Source of the DNA: Candidatus Bathyarchaeota archaeon
GTDB taxonomy: Archaea; Thermoproteota; Bathyarchaeia; Bathyarchaeales; Bathycorpusculaceae
NCBI GenBank assembly: GCA_963806535.1
Contig: CAWDYC010000007.1
Location: 128,001 to 192,000 of the forward strand
Reading direction: 5' to 3'
Length of the DNA: 64,000 nt
The notes beneath the pieces were generated by a model that saw only the letters and a program-made list of their open reading frames with translations, did not search any database and was not told the DNA's origin. Below are positions 51,669 to 63,766 of the stretch, in pieces. The translations under genes and the position numbers were made by a program. Numbering within the stretch: the first letter of the stretch is position 1; every line of letters begins with the position of its first letter.

Positions 51669-52072
51669 TCTAATCACTAAGCACATTTCTTAATATTTTT
51701 CTTTAATTGAGTATTTGCCCAAAGATTTAGCGTTATTTTTTGAGAGAGCCAAAAAAAACCAACAACATATCTAAATACATTTTTTCTTTTTCTTTTTTCT
51801 CATTCTTAATTAAATCTAAGGTCAAAGAACGTTAAGTGGCTGGCGCTTAAGCTTTTTTTTAGGTGACCACCGGTTCATAGAACCATGTTCACCCATGTTG
51901 AAACCAGTAACACAAAAAACAACAAAAGGTATCACTCGGCGCAACAGACAAATTCGCCTATCAAGTGAAGCATTATTCAACGCCAACTGAAATTATTAAT
52001 CCACGAAAAATCGTCTTTGATTTCTGGTTTACATTTATAACTTACTTGTTATCATCTTTAGGACGTTTAGCC

Positions 52073-53913
52073 ATGACACGAATTGCCGTACTTAATGAAG
52101 ATAAATGCAAAGTCAAAAAATGCAATTCACTCTGCGTTAACTTCTGCCCTATGGTAAGAAGCCGAGTGGAAGCCATCAGAGTTGAAGGAAACAAAGCAGT
52201 TATAGCAGAAACACTTTGCAGTGGCTGCGGCATCTGCGTCAAAAAATGTCCTTTCAAAGCCATAAGCATCGTTAACCTTCCCGACGAGTTGGAAAAGGAT
52301 TGTAGTCACCGTTTTAGCGCAAACAGCTTCAAACTTTTCCGTTTACCCATGCCTTCACCAGGAACAGTGTTGGGTTTGCTTGGGCAAAACGGCATCGGAA
52401 AAACGACTACGCTTAAAGTGTTTTCAGGAGAAATCAAACCAAACCTCGGCAAATATGATGATCCGCCTGATTGGCCCGAAATTATTCAGTATTATCGTGG
52501 TTCAAGCCTTCAAGATTACTTCCAGAAGATGAGTGAGAAAAAACTCAAAGTCAGCAGCAAACCCCAGTATGTCGATAAAATTCCTAAGGCGATTACTGGT
52601 AAAGTCGGTGATTTGCTGGAAAAAGTTGATGAAAGAAAACAACTCGACTCTCTTGCTGAAGTGTTTGAGCTCAAAAATATTTGGGACAGACCATTAGATG
52701 TGCTAAGCGGCGGAGAACTTCAACGCGTGGCGGTTGCAGCAGCACTTAGCCGCGACGCTGACGTTTACCTTTTTGATGAACCATCAAGCTATTTGGACGT
52801 GAAGCAGAGGCTTGTTGTCGCAAAAACAATACGCGGCCTCAAAGAACAGCAAAAAACCATAATTGTCGCTGAACATGACTTAGCCATAATCGATTACCTC
52901 TCTGATCAAATCTGCCTCTTCTACGGGGAACCAGGCGTTTACGGCGTCGTTTCACACGTTCATGGCGTCAGAACAGGCATCAACATTTACCTGCAAGGTT
53001 ACATTCCAGACGAAAACATAATGTTCCGCAAAGAATCCATCGTTTTCCACGAGAAACCTCCAACTGCAGGCACCAACCTCGGCGAACCATTGTTGAAATG
53101 GGACAACATGACGAAAACTTTCAAAGGCTTCAAACTAGCCATTGAGCCAGGCGAAATTTTACGCGGCGAAATCATTGGCATTCTTGGACCCAACGGAATT
53201 GGAAAAACTACTTTCGTAAAAATTCTTGCAGGTCTTGAGGAAACTGATGATAAACGGAAACTTGGTGAATTAACTGTCAGCTACAAACCGCAGTACATCG
53301 CACCTGACTACGCGGGTACAGTTGCTGAGCTTCTAATGAATGTCGCAAAAGACAACTTCACATCTAGCTGGTACAAAACCGAAATTGCTCAGCCACTGAG
53401 ACTTCAGGTTCTAATGGATAGAAATGTTATGGAGCTCAGCGGTGGTGAACTTCAAAAAGTTGCCATAGCCGCTTGCCTGAGCCGAAAAACCGACTTGTTC
53501 CTGCTTGACGAGCCCAGCGCTTACTTGGACGTTGAAGAACGGCTGAACATGGCTAAAACACTTCGGCGAGTAGTTGAAGCTCACGGTATACCAGCCTTCG
53601 TAGTTGAACACGATGTGGTAACGCAAGATTTCATTGCCGACCGACTTGATGGTTTTTAATGGTGAACCAGGAGTAAGTGGTTTGGCTCATCCACCAACGA
53701 GCCTAAGAAAAGGCATGAATACGTTCCTGAAAGAAATGAACATCACATTCCGACGGGACCCAGCAACCATGCGACCTCGAGTAAACAAGGAAGTCTTCAC
53801 AAATGGATATGTTCCAAAAAGGCATCGGCGAATACTACTATACGAAAACCGCTAAGATAGAAAAGGCAGAAAAAGAAGAAAAGAAACCAACCGCCAAAAT
53901 AACAATTTTCTAG
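52073..53913 (+). CDS. rli: Ribosome recycling ATPase ABCE1/RLI (frameshifts near the 3' end)
   Basis: N-terminal FeS Cys motifs, two ABC domains (GQNGIGKT, GPNGIGKT, LSGGELQ), ITFRRD..RPRVNK. Confidence 0.95.
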
Positions 53914-54150
53914 GCCCAATAAACTGTGCACATTACGCCGACAACTATCGCAACACAACAACCTCTGACTGTGCCAGCTGCACTTGGGGCAACGGAAGCC
54001 AAGGCAACTACTGGAGCAACTACACAGGCACCGACGTTAACGGAGACGGAATCGGGGATACACCGTACTCAATCGGTTTCGGTTTCATGATAATTATCCG
54101 TTAATAGCACCCTATGACATTACGCTGCAAATCCCAACTGCGCCTTCCTA
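53898..54150 (+). pseudogene. Fragment of NosD/CASH beta-helix surface protein C-terminal region
   Basis: NNNF...WGNGSQGNYWSNYTGTDVNGDGIGDTPY.. then (frameshift) DNYPLIAP; no start codon. Confidence 0.72.
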
Positions 54151-54472
54151 AGAACACGCCACTTAGCTCCAAAATTTCTCAAGATATACACATTTAAAGC
54201 AAAAGTTACCATTTTCAAGCAATTGCCCATTTCTTAAAACTACACTTTTCTACGCATAGTTTTCTTTAGAAAGATTGGAAAATAACAAGCTGATTTTTGG
54301 TTTCATGATCATTTTTTTACATATTTATGTCTAAACTTACCATTCAGGCATGTTACTGCGCATTTTTCTCAATGAACGTTTTAAACGCAGATTGCAGTTA
54401 ACTTAAAGAACAAGCAGCAAATATACTAAGCACTCGCAAGAACAAAAAAGGGGAAAGTGGTGTAAGCAGCAA

Positions 54473-55999
54473 GTGGCTCAAGCAACCTTTGAAGAAATTA
54501 GCGCTTCTGATTTTTTCTACAGGAACAGAGACATTGCAGGCTTAACGAATCCTTCACGCGCTGTATTCGTTGCTATTCGAGAAATTGTAGAAAATTCTTT
54601 GGATGCAGCGGAGAGCCAAAGGATTCCACCTGACATTTATGTTCGTTTATCTTACGAGGGAGAAGCTACCAAAGAAACTCAAATCTATAAGCTTCGTGTC
54701 GAAGACAACGGCAGCGGAATTCAACCTCGGTTTATACCCTCTGCTTTCGGCCAAGTGCTCTATGGCAGCAAATACAAACTCAAACAAACAAGAGGCACAT
54801 TTGGCTTAGGCGGAAAAATGGCTGTTCTCTATGGGCAAGTCACCACTCACCAGGCAGTTTACGTGACCTCATCCACAGGGCAAGAAAAAATTTACAGTTT
54901 CAAATTAATGATTGACATCCAAAGAAACCGCCCAATAATTCTTGACCGCAAAGTCTTAATTAACAAGGATAATTGGCGTGGAACCATCGTTGAGTTTTCT
55001 CTTGAAGGCGATTATCTTAGGGCGATGCCTAAAATTCTTGATTATTTCAAGCAGACGGCTATGGTTAATCCATATGCTAATTTGACATTTGTTGACCCCA
55101 AAGGCAGGCTCTACAAGTTTACCCGTGCAACCACTGAGATGCCTGAGCCGCCGACAGAAATATTGCCACATCCATACGGCGTAGACGTAGAACTTTTGCA
55201 GCGGCTTATCCAGATTACTCCTTACAATAATATGTCAGATTTTCTGAAGGGTTCTTTTCACAGAGTCGGCGAAATCACAGCACAAAAATTCTTGGAATTC
55301 AGCCAATTAAGCCCAAGCAAGAATCCAAAGAAGCTTTCCCATGAAGAAATAGTGCGGTTAATGCAGAACCTAAAGAAGTACAAGGATTTCTTGCCTCCAG
55401 ACGCCAGCTGCCTCTCACCGTTAGGCGAAGATCTGCTCAGGACTGGTGTCATGAAAGAGTTAAACCCTGAGTACCTTGTGGTTCACCAGCGTAAACCATC
55501 CACTTATGCAGGTCACCCATTCATCGTTGAAATGGCAATTGCATATGGCGGCGGAGTACCCAAACGAGGCACTTTTGTCATTTATCGTTTCGCCAACAAA
55601 ATCCCCCTTCTTTACGATGAAGCAAGCGATGTTTCCTATCGAGTAATTTCAGCCATGAACTGGCGACGCTACAAAGTGGCACCTGACATGCCTATCGCTA
55701 TAGTTGTTCACATTTGCAGCACAAAAGTGCCCTACAAAACGGTTGGAAAAGAATTCATTGCTGACCGTCCCGAAGTGCGACGTGAAGAGGCAAATGCTCT
55801 GCGTGAAGTTGCCCGTCAGCTTCAACATTTCCTGTCACGTCAAGAACACGTGCACATGGAAAAGAAACGTCTGGGAATTTTCAGCAAGTACCTGCCTAAA
55901 ATCGCACAGTTCTCGGCAATATTGGCTGGAGAAAAGCGTATTCCAGATATCGATAAACTATTGAAGAGTGTGCAGAAGTATGGCGCAGAAGAAAGCTAA
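54473..55999 (+). CDS. top6B: DNA topoisomerase VI subunit B
   Basis: EIVENSLDA, DNGSG, RGTFGLG, RFANKIPL. Confidence 0.96.
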   Translation: MAQATFEEISASDFFYRNRDIAGLTNPSRAVFVAIREIVENSLDAAESQRIPPDIYVRLSYEGEATKETQIYKLRVEDNGSGIQPRFIPSAFGQVLYGSKYKLKQTRGTFGLGGKMAVLYGQVTTHQAVYVTSSTGQEKIYSFKLMIDIQRNRPIILDRKVLINKDNWRGTIVEFSLEGDYLRAMPKILDYFKQTAMVNPYANLTFVDPKGRLYKFTRATTEMPEPPTEILPHPYGVDVELLQRLIQITPYNNMSDFLKGSFHRVGEITAQKFLEFSQLSPSKNPKKLSHEEIVRLMQNLKKYKDFLPPDASCLSPLGEDLLRTGVMKELNPEYLVVHQRKPSTYAGHPFIVEMAIAYGGGVPKRGTFVIYRFANKIPLLYDEASDVSYRVISAMNWRRYKVAPDMPIAIVVHICSTKVPYKTVGKEFIADRPEVRREEANALREVARQLQHFLSRQEHVHMEKKRLGIFSKYLPKIAQFSAILAGEKRIPDIDKLLKSVQKYGAEES

Positions 56000-57063
56000 G
56001 ATAATTGAAAAGCAAAACGAAGTCATTAATGGTCTTCACGAATTTGGGACCAGAATTTACAAGCAGCTAGATCAAGGTGTTTTTCCAACAATAGATATGC
56101 CGAGTCGCTCGACTGAAAACATCAATTATGACCCCACACTTCGACAGTATATTCTTGGAGAAAAGAACGTTAGCCGAAGCGCACGAAACATTCGCCACAT
56201 TAAACCATTCACGCAGCTTGCATGGACAGCAATGTTTAGTAACGAGCTTACAACTCAACGAAAAACCAGCACGCTAAGAGATGTCTATTACTCTGCGCAA
56301 GCCTACGAGATGACCTTTACAGACCAACAAGAATCTAACAACATCATAACCGATTTGGAAACGTTAACAGGTTTTGCCCGAGAAGACTTTCATATTTTTC
56401 CAGAAGAACGCAGCGCAATTTTTGGCGACTTAGATATCGGCTACACTGTTCCTGGTTATGAAGGCAAAACTTTGAATTTAACCAGGCATCCAGACGGCGT
56501 ATTGATTGGTCCAGCCTTAACTTCAGCCGAGTTAATGAGCACCAGAGCAGACAAAGTAATCGCCATCGAGAAAGGCGCACTTTTTACAAGATTTATCGAA
56601 GAAAATGTGCACAATAAACATCACGCTTTGCTGATTTCCTGCGGTGGACAAGCTCCAAGACAAACCCGCAGTTTCATAAGACGCCTACATGACGAGTTGA
56701 ATCTGCCAGTTTACATTTTGACTGATGGTGACCCATGGGGAATGCACATTGCACAAGTCATTATTTCTGGCTCAGCCAACGCAGCGCACCTAAGAGAACT
56801 AAATACGCCTGACGCAGTTTGGAGCGGAGTGTGGGCAAGCGACATAATTGAGTACAAACTGCCAACGGACCCCTTAGACGAAGTTGACATTAAGACGACT
56901 CTACGAGTTACAGAAAGACCCACGTTATCAAAATGACCCAATCTGGCAAAAAGAAATAAAATTATTTCTAAAAATAAAGAGAAAGGCTGAACAGGAAGCT
57001 TTCAGCCGATACGGTTTAACCTACATTGTTGACGAATATTTACCTACGAAATTAAAGAGCTAA
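55980..57063 (+). CDS. top6A: DNA topoisomerase VI subunit A (frameshift near 56895)
   Basis: TLRDVYY, IEK, TDGDPWG; C-terminal KAEQEAF in the next frame. Confidence 0.94.
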
Positions 57064-57129
57064 ATCTAATCATCGATTCTCTTCTATCAATTGTTGACAA
57101 ACTATTGTTTTCTGCTTCAACAAGTTTTG

Positions 57130-57321
57130 TTATTTTTTGAGTTCTTGTTGTTTTTTTCCGCATTCAGGACAAAATTTCACTGAGGCTGAAATTCGATTCT
57201 GACATTTCGGACAGATTTTAAGCAGAATTGGTTGATGAAGAGCTGTACCGCAGAAGTTGCAGTAATTAGAAAATGAAGCAACTTGTGATCCACAATTTGG
57301 GCATCTTACATATTGTGTCAT
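57130..57321 (-). CDS. Double zinc-ribbon protein
   Basis: CPNCG..CNFCG..CPKC..CPECG. Confidence 0.8.
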   Translation of the reverse strand: MTQYVRCPNCGSQVASFSNYCNFCGTALHQPILLKICPKCQNRISASVKFCPECGKKQQELKK

Positions 57322-57575
57322 AAATTGGAACCGGAAGCATAATAAAAGCGGAAAGGATAATTTCACACCATATTGGATAATGCCACACCTTGCTTTTTTC
57401 TCTTTTGTTATCACTAGAATGACTGTCACTTCAGCTAATACGTTTCGTTCAAGAAAAAGAGCAACAATCGATGTCAACAGCGACTGTTGGTGTTCTTCTA
57501 AATTGACTATCTGGACAAAACACTTATGCCTATGAAGAACAATACTTAATGTTAATTAAATTTAAAGCGAGGAAG

Positions 57576-57825
57576 ATGCACTTTTAGCCCAAAAAAACGA
57601 GCCCCAAGAAATGCCAAAAGCAGAGGCCGAGGCATTAATTACCCATTTGAAATTGGAGACGAATACGAAGTGGATGTTGTAGAAATGAGTCCGAACGGCG
57701 AGGGTATCGCTAAAATCAAGGGCTTTCCAGTATTCATCGGCAACGCAAAAGCCAACGAACATCTAAAAGTTAGAATAACGAAAATAATTAGTGGCTGTGC
57801 AGACGCCGAAATAATCCCTCAATAA
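57576..57825 (+). CDS. Single TRAM-domain RNA-binding protein (start unclear, probable frameshift)
   Basis: Manual translation: YPFEIGDEYEVDVVEMSPNGEGIAKIKGFPVFIGNAKANEHLKVRITKIISGCADAEI. Confidence 0.8.
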
Positions 57826-57867
57826 ACTTTAATTTTCTTTAAGTTAAAAACCTGGTTTTGAGGAGAG

Positions 57868-57943
57868 TGGTGCGGTCACCGGGATTTGAACCCGGGTCAT
57901 CAGCTTGGGAAGCTGATGTCCTACCAAGCTAGACTACGACCGC
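57868..57943 (-). tRNA. tRNA-Gly(CCC), CCA encoded
   Basis: GCGGTCG acceptor, TCAGC-TTCCCAA-GCTGA anticodon arm, GGTTCAAATCC T arm. Confidence 0.96.
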
Positions 57944-58275
57944 AAACATTTTTGTGTTTAGGCTTGTTTATTTTTGGCTTAGCCAGATATATTGGTTCTT
58001 ATCATCAATATGGTTACTGCTGTTTTTTGTAGATTTTTAAGATGAAAAATAGTTACAATTCTCTTACAGCACTTGGCGTTGTTCTTCTGTGATAGAAGAA
58101 GGACGGCTGGAAATAGCACATCCTACTTCTTCTCTGCTTCAGAAAGAAGAAGAAACCTCTTGAGGGCACACTTCTTCTTCTTACTTCAAAAAAAACTATT
58201 TCTTCCTTTTTCAGGCTAAACAAGCATAAGCGTTATCTCTAACTAACCAGAAAGATTACCGAGGAGAAAACAGCT

Positions 58276-59357
58276 GTGCCTAAAAATTACACTTACACAG
58301 ATGCAGGCGTAAACCGCAAACAACGAGTTGAATCAAAAAAGGCGCTAAAAAACCTGAAAGAGACTTACAGGTACAGCCGTTTTGGCGGCGTCATGCATCT
58401 GCCTTACGGCAACATTTTTCCAATCTCAGAAAACTTGTTTTTAGACCTTGAAATCGAAGGAGTAGGCACCAAAGTTCTCTTAGCGCAATTAGCCCAGAAA
58501 TATGACACAATAGGCATTGATGCGGTTGCAATGGTTGTTAACGATGTAATTCGATCAGGAGCTAAACCACTTGCAATTGCAGACAACATTCACGCTCAAG
58601 AAAGCAACCCCGAGCTTGTAAAAGAGTGGCTGAAAGGAATTATTCAAGGCGCAGCCGAATCTGAATGCCCAGTTACCAATGGAGAAACAGGTGACGTATC
58701 TGAAATAATAAAGGGCTTAACCGAAAAAGTTGGATTCGACATGGTTGTGGCTTCAGTGGGGCAGGTTGAAAGAAAAGAGATCATAACTGGAGAAAACATC
58801 AAGCCGGGTGACCCAATCATCGGTTTGGCCAGTAGCGGATTGCATAGTAATGGCATAACAATGGCAAGAAAAATCCTCTTCAAACAATGGGGAGGAAAAT
58901 ACTTACCTAACGATAAACCAGCAGGCTTAGATCGCGAAATAGTTCTTGAAGCTCTTGAACCCACAAAAATCTACGTTAAACCCTTACTCAAACTTGCCAG
59001 CGAAGTAAAAGTCAAAGCAGCCGTCCACATAACAGGTGATGCATACATGAAATTCAACAACCTTGCAACAGTCTCGCCAGGAATAGGTTTCGAATTCAAC
59101 AACTTCAAACCCCAACCCATTTTCGGCTTAATTCAAAAAACAGCTAGCGAAATTAGGATTCACTGTCACTGATGAGGAAATGTTCAAAACTTTTAACATG
59201 GGCTGGGGATTCGGTATAATCGTTGACAAAACAGAAATCGACAAAGCCATGAACACGCTTGAGCAAGACAGCATAAAACCTGAGGTAATAGGCAAAGTAA
59301 CCGACAAACAGACAGTGGAAATAAAATATCAAGAACAAAAAGATGGTTTTAACGTAA
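58276..59357 (+). CDS. purM: AIR synthetase (frameshifted near 3' end)
   Basis: YTDAGV, EGVGTK, GET, SSGLHSNG, HITG, TFNMG. Confidence 0.93.
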
Positions 59358-59415
59358 AGTTTTGCTTTTTTTATGACGAAAGTGTTTAAATCCTGTTGCT
59401 TAATTTAAAGGCTCT

Positions 59416-59667
59416 ATGAAATACTGCGCTAAAATAGAGGTCAGTCTTAAACCAGGCCATAGCAACCCTGAAGGAGAAACAACCGCCCATTTACTAAAAG
59501 AACTCGGCTACAAAGTAGAAACAGTTGACGTGAGCAAACTTTATACTGTCACTCTTGAGGCATCATCAGTTAAAGAAGCCAAGGCAAAAGCAGAAGACAT
59601 GAGCAAACGTCTTTTAGCAAACCCAACCAAAGACAATTACACCATAAATGTTGAGGAGCAGAAATGA
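59416..59667 (+). CDS. purS: FGAM synthase subunit PurS
   Basis: LKPGHSNPEG..LLANP. Confidence 0.92.
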   Translation: MKYCAKIEVSLKPGHSNPEGETTAHLLKELGYKVETVDVSKLYTVTLEASSVKEAKAKAEDMSKRLLANPTKDNYTINVEEQK

Positions 59668-62047
59668 ACGCTAACCTCTACATCCACCGCAAAGCAGACT
59701 ATACACTCTACGAAGCGGATTTAGCCAAAGCCACAGACCAACAGCTAATCGAAATCAGCAATGAGTTAGCTTTGGGTCTTAAGCTTAGATGAAATGAAAA
59801 GTATTCAAACCTACTTCAAAGCGGAAGACAGAAACCCAACAGATGTTGAATTGCAAACCATCAGTCAAACATGGTCAGAACACTGCTACCACAAAACCTT
59901 CAAAGGAAAAATTCTCTTAGACGGTAAAGAAATCGACAGTTTATTCAAAACCTACATTGCAAAAGCAACAAAAGAAATCAAAGCGCCATGGTGTTTTAGC
60001 GTCTTTGAAGATAACGCAGGTATTGTAAAATTTGATAAAGGGCTATGGTATCGCAGCGAAAGTTGAAACCCACAATCACCCATCTGCCGTTGAACCTTTC
60101 GGCGGGGCAGCTACAGGTGTTGGCGGCGTAATTCGAGATATCCTTGGAGTGTGGGCTGACCCAATAGCTTGCACAGATGTTTTAGGTTTCGGACCATTAG
60201 ATTACGATTATAACAAGTTGCCTGCAGGTGTTAAACATCCAAAATACGTCTACATGGGTGTCACTGCGGGCATCAGCGCTTATGGAAACAACATGGGCAT
60301 CCCAACCGTTAACGGAGCCATATACTTTGACGAAAGCTACACAGGCAACGTCACCGTATACTGTGGATGCATTGGTCTTTTACCACTAAACAAATTTACA
60401 AAAAACGCAAAACCAGAACACATAATTGTTATTGCAGGAGGCAAAACAGGACGTGACGGTATTCACGGTGTAACTTTCGCCTCAGCTGAATTAACTGAGA
60501 AATCGGAAGAAATTTCTCGACCAGCCGTCCAAATTGCCGACCCAATCGAAGAAGAGAAGGTCAAACGGGCAATCGTTGAAATCCGCGATTTGCAATTGGC
60601 TTCTGCAACAACTGACCTTGGCGGAGGCGGCTTATCCTCAGCCATCGGCGAAACTGCAGAAAAATTCGATTGCGGAGTAACCATTGAACTTGCTAAGGTG
60701 CCGTTGAAGTATCAGGGTTTGGCTCCTTGGGAAATTTACATTTCAGAATCACAGGAAAGAATGCTCATAACCGTGCCCCCAGAAAACCTGGAACGAGTTA
60801 TGGCAGTTTTTGAAAAAGAAGACGTAGAAGCCACAGCGATAGGCAAACTAACCACAGAACGCCGCCTACAGCTGAACTTTAACGGCGAAAAAGTTGCCGA
60901 TATGGATATGGCTTTTCTGTTTACTCCATGCAAAAGCATGAAAGTTGCAACCATTGAAAAGCAAACTTGCACTGAACCACAGTTTCCTGAACCACAGAAC
61001 CTAACAGAAACTCTTATGCAGCTTCTTTCTGCACCAAATATTGCAAGTAAAGAAAGCGTCATCCGCACTTATGACCATGAAGTCAAAGGCAACACAGCCC
61101 TTAAGCCGCTGCAGGGAGAGTACGCTGGACCAAACGATGCTGCTGTGCTAAAACCGCTGGATGATTCATGGAAAGGCTTGGCAATTTCTTGCGGTATGAA
61201 CCCGAATTATGGAAAGATTGATGCTTACTGGATGGCTGCTTCAGCAATTGACGAGGCAGTTAGAAACAACATTGCCGTGGGCGGCAGAAGAATTGCTCTG
61301 CTGGATAATTTTACATGGGGGAATCCTGAGAAGCCAGAACGCCTCGGCTCATTAGTAAGAGCCTGTGAAGCATGCTACGACTTTGCAACTGCTTTTAGGA
61401 CACCGTTTATCTCGGGAAAAGACAGCCTCTACAACGAGTCTCCACTTGGTCCAGTCACACCGACACTTCTAATCACCGCAGTAGGCGTAATTCCAAACCT
61501 TCAATCAACAACCTCTATGGATTTGAAAGCACCAGGCAACCTACTCTACATCATCGGAGAAACGTTCAATGAACTTGGCGGTTCAGAATACTACAAACTC
61601 AAAGGCTACTTAGGCGCAAGCGTACCCAAAGTCAAAGGTGCAAAAGCCAAACGCACATTCAAAGCAGTAACCAAAGCCATCGATTTAGGCTTAATCAAAT
61701 CTTGCCATGACCTCTCTGAAGGAGGATTAGCTGTGGCGGCGGCAGAGATGGCGTTTGCAGGCGGCTATGGGTTGGAGCTGGATTTAGGTAAAGTCCCTGG
61801 CAAAGAGTTAGAGCGCAATGATTTTGTGTTGTTTTCTGAATCAAACAGCCGCTTCCTTTTGGAAGTCGCAGAAAATGATAAGAAAGAATTTGAGGCTTTG
61901 ATGAAAGGCAAAGGCTGTGCCCTAATTGGGAAAGTAACCAAAGAAGAGAAACTGCTTATTCATGGATTAAACCAAAAAATAGTGGTCGATGCTTCACTTG
62001 CCGAACTACGACACGCTTGGAAGAAAACGTTAAGCGGAGAATCCTAA
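59664..62047 (+). CDS. purL: FGAM synthase subunit PurL (two frameshifts)
   Basis: QTWSEHC, KVETHNHPS, DLGGGG, SESQERM, HDLSEGG. Confidence 0.94.
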
Positions 62048-62869
62048 ATGAATCAGCAAGAAATCAAAGTTTGCGTTATGCGTGTCGGCGGAACCAACTG
62101 CGATGCAGAGACTCAGCGGGCTTTTCTTGAGTTAGGCGTTCAAGCGGAAACTTTGCATGTTAACGAATTAATAAAACGCAGAAACCTGTTGGATTATCAG
62201 GTTCTTGGTTTTTCCAGGTGGCTTCTCATTTGGAGATTACGTACGTTCAGGCGTGATTTTTGCAAGACATCTCTCAGCCAAATTGGGCAAAGAAATGGAA
62301 ACGTTCATTGACGAAGGCAGACCAATTCTGGGCATTTGCAACGGCTTCCAAATAATGGTTGAATATGGTTTGCTCCCGGGCTTGGAAGGAGTGAGCACCT
62401 ATCCCGAAGCAACATTAACCAATAATGAACCAGCTGGGTTCAAATGCAAATGGATTTACCTGAAACAGGAAAATAAAGGAAAATGTATTTTTACAAACAA
62501 AATTCCAGTGGGCAAAGTGCTTCAAGATGCCTATTGCCCATGGAGAAGGCAGATTATTGTTTCCCAAGGAAAAAGAAAAGGAAATACTTTCAAAACTAAT
62601 TGATAATGACATGGTTGTTTTCCGTTACTGCGACAAAAACGGCAACATCAGCAAACGGCGAATACCCAGCTAACCCGAACGGCTCAACCTTTGACATTGC
62701 AGGCATATGCAACAAGGAAGGAAACATTTTCGGTTTAATGCCTCACCCAGAGAGGGCAATGTACTGGTGGCAACAACCCAATTGGACCCGCGAGCAACAG
62801 ATGCTACAGTACGGCGACGGAAAACTAATTTTCCAAAGCATAATTGATAATCTAATAAAGAAATGCTAA
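62048..62869 (+). CDS. purQ: FGAM synthase glutaminase PurQ (frameshifted)
   Basis: [33 protein letters not shown]. Confidence 0.93.
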
Positions 62870-63766
62870 ATCCTTAGCATAAGGCAAGCCTGCACGGGCA
62901 CCCATCGCCGTAACGCTTCTTGAAGCCACAAAATTCGCTATCTGTCCACATTCGTAGAGGCTTTTTTTGTTGATTAAGCCATAGAGGAAACCTGCGCAGA
63001 AAGCGTCGCCAGCACCTGTCGTGTCGACTGCTTTAACTTTGAAGGGTTCTACTTTGAGCTGTTCTTCACCGTCTGTGACGTAGCAGCCTTTGTCGCCAAG
63101 TTTAACTGCGACAATTTTAACGCCTAACCCAATCATTAAATCGGCGCCTTTGCGGTAATCTGTTTCGCCAGTTAAAAGTTCAAGTTCAAAAGCGTTAGGC
63201 ATCAAAACGTAAGTGCTGCGGATTATTGGTTCTATCGCTGCAAATCCTTTCTGTGCATACACCGAGCCTGGGTCAAAGCTGATTTTAACTTCGTTGGGCA
63301 ATGCGGCTAAGAGTTTTTTTTGTGCGCGAAAAGATTTTTCTCCAACAAATGAGGAGAAATGCACAAATTTTGTTTGAGAAAGATAGCCGTAATTGATTTC
63401 TCGGGGTTCGATTGTGTCGTTGACGCCTGAGTTGATGTATAGTGCTCTTGCACCTTTCTTGTCTACGAAGCCCATTACTGAACCGCTTTTGCCTTTCGTT
63501 GCCTGAATGATGCCGCTGGTGTCGACGCCTTCTTTGCTGAAACAGTCAATTTGCAGTTTGCCTTCTCGGTCGTTGGCTACTTTTCCTATGAAACCTGTTT
63601 TGCAGCCTAGCCTTGCCAATCCAACTATCGTGTTTGCTGCTGAGCCACCGCAGGCTTCAGTGTAATCTTCGATGAAGCTTTCTTCTTCTGCTCCTGCAAG
63701 CTTTTGCACTTTGAATAGCATGTCAACGTTGAGTGCGCCAAAACCGACTACATCAAATTTCGTCAT
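62852..63766 (-). CDS. PfkB-family carbohydrate/nucleoside kinase
   Basis: [15 protein letters not shown]. Confidence 0.92.
   Translation of the reverse strand: MTKFDVVGFGALNVDMLFKVQKLAGAEEESFIEDYTEACGGSAANTIVGLARLGCKTGFIGKVANDREGKLQIDCFSKEGVDTSGIIQATKGKSGSVMGFVDKKGARALYINSGVNDTIEPREINYGYLSQTKFVHFSSFVGEKSFRAQKKLLAALPNEVKISFDPGSVYAQKGFAAIEPIIRSTYVLMPNAFELELLTGETDYRKGADLMIGLGVKIVAVKLGDKGCYVTDGEEQLKVEPFKVKAVDTTGAGDAFCAGFLYGLINKKSLYECGQIANFVASRSVTAMGARAGLPYAKDLAFLY

Noticed and set aside
51860-51990. Short ORFs and a small hairpin upstream of ABCE1
   Set aside because: Two overlapping frames equally plausible, SD too distant, no recognisable motif
57322-57477. N-terminal extension of the zinc-ribbon ORF
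   Set aside because: Overlaps hairpin and promoter-like sequence; the ATG at 57321 gives a complete domain
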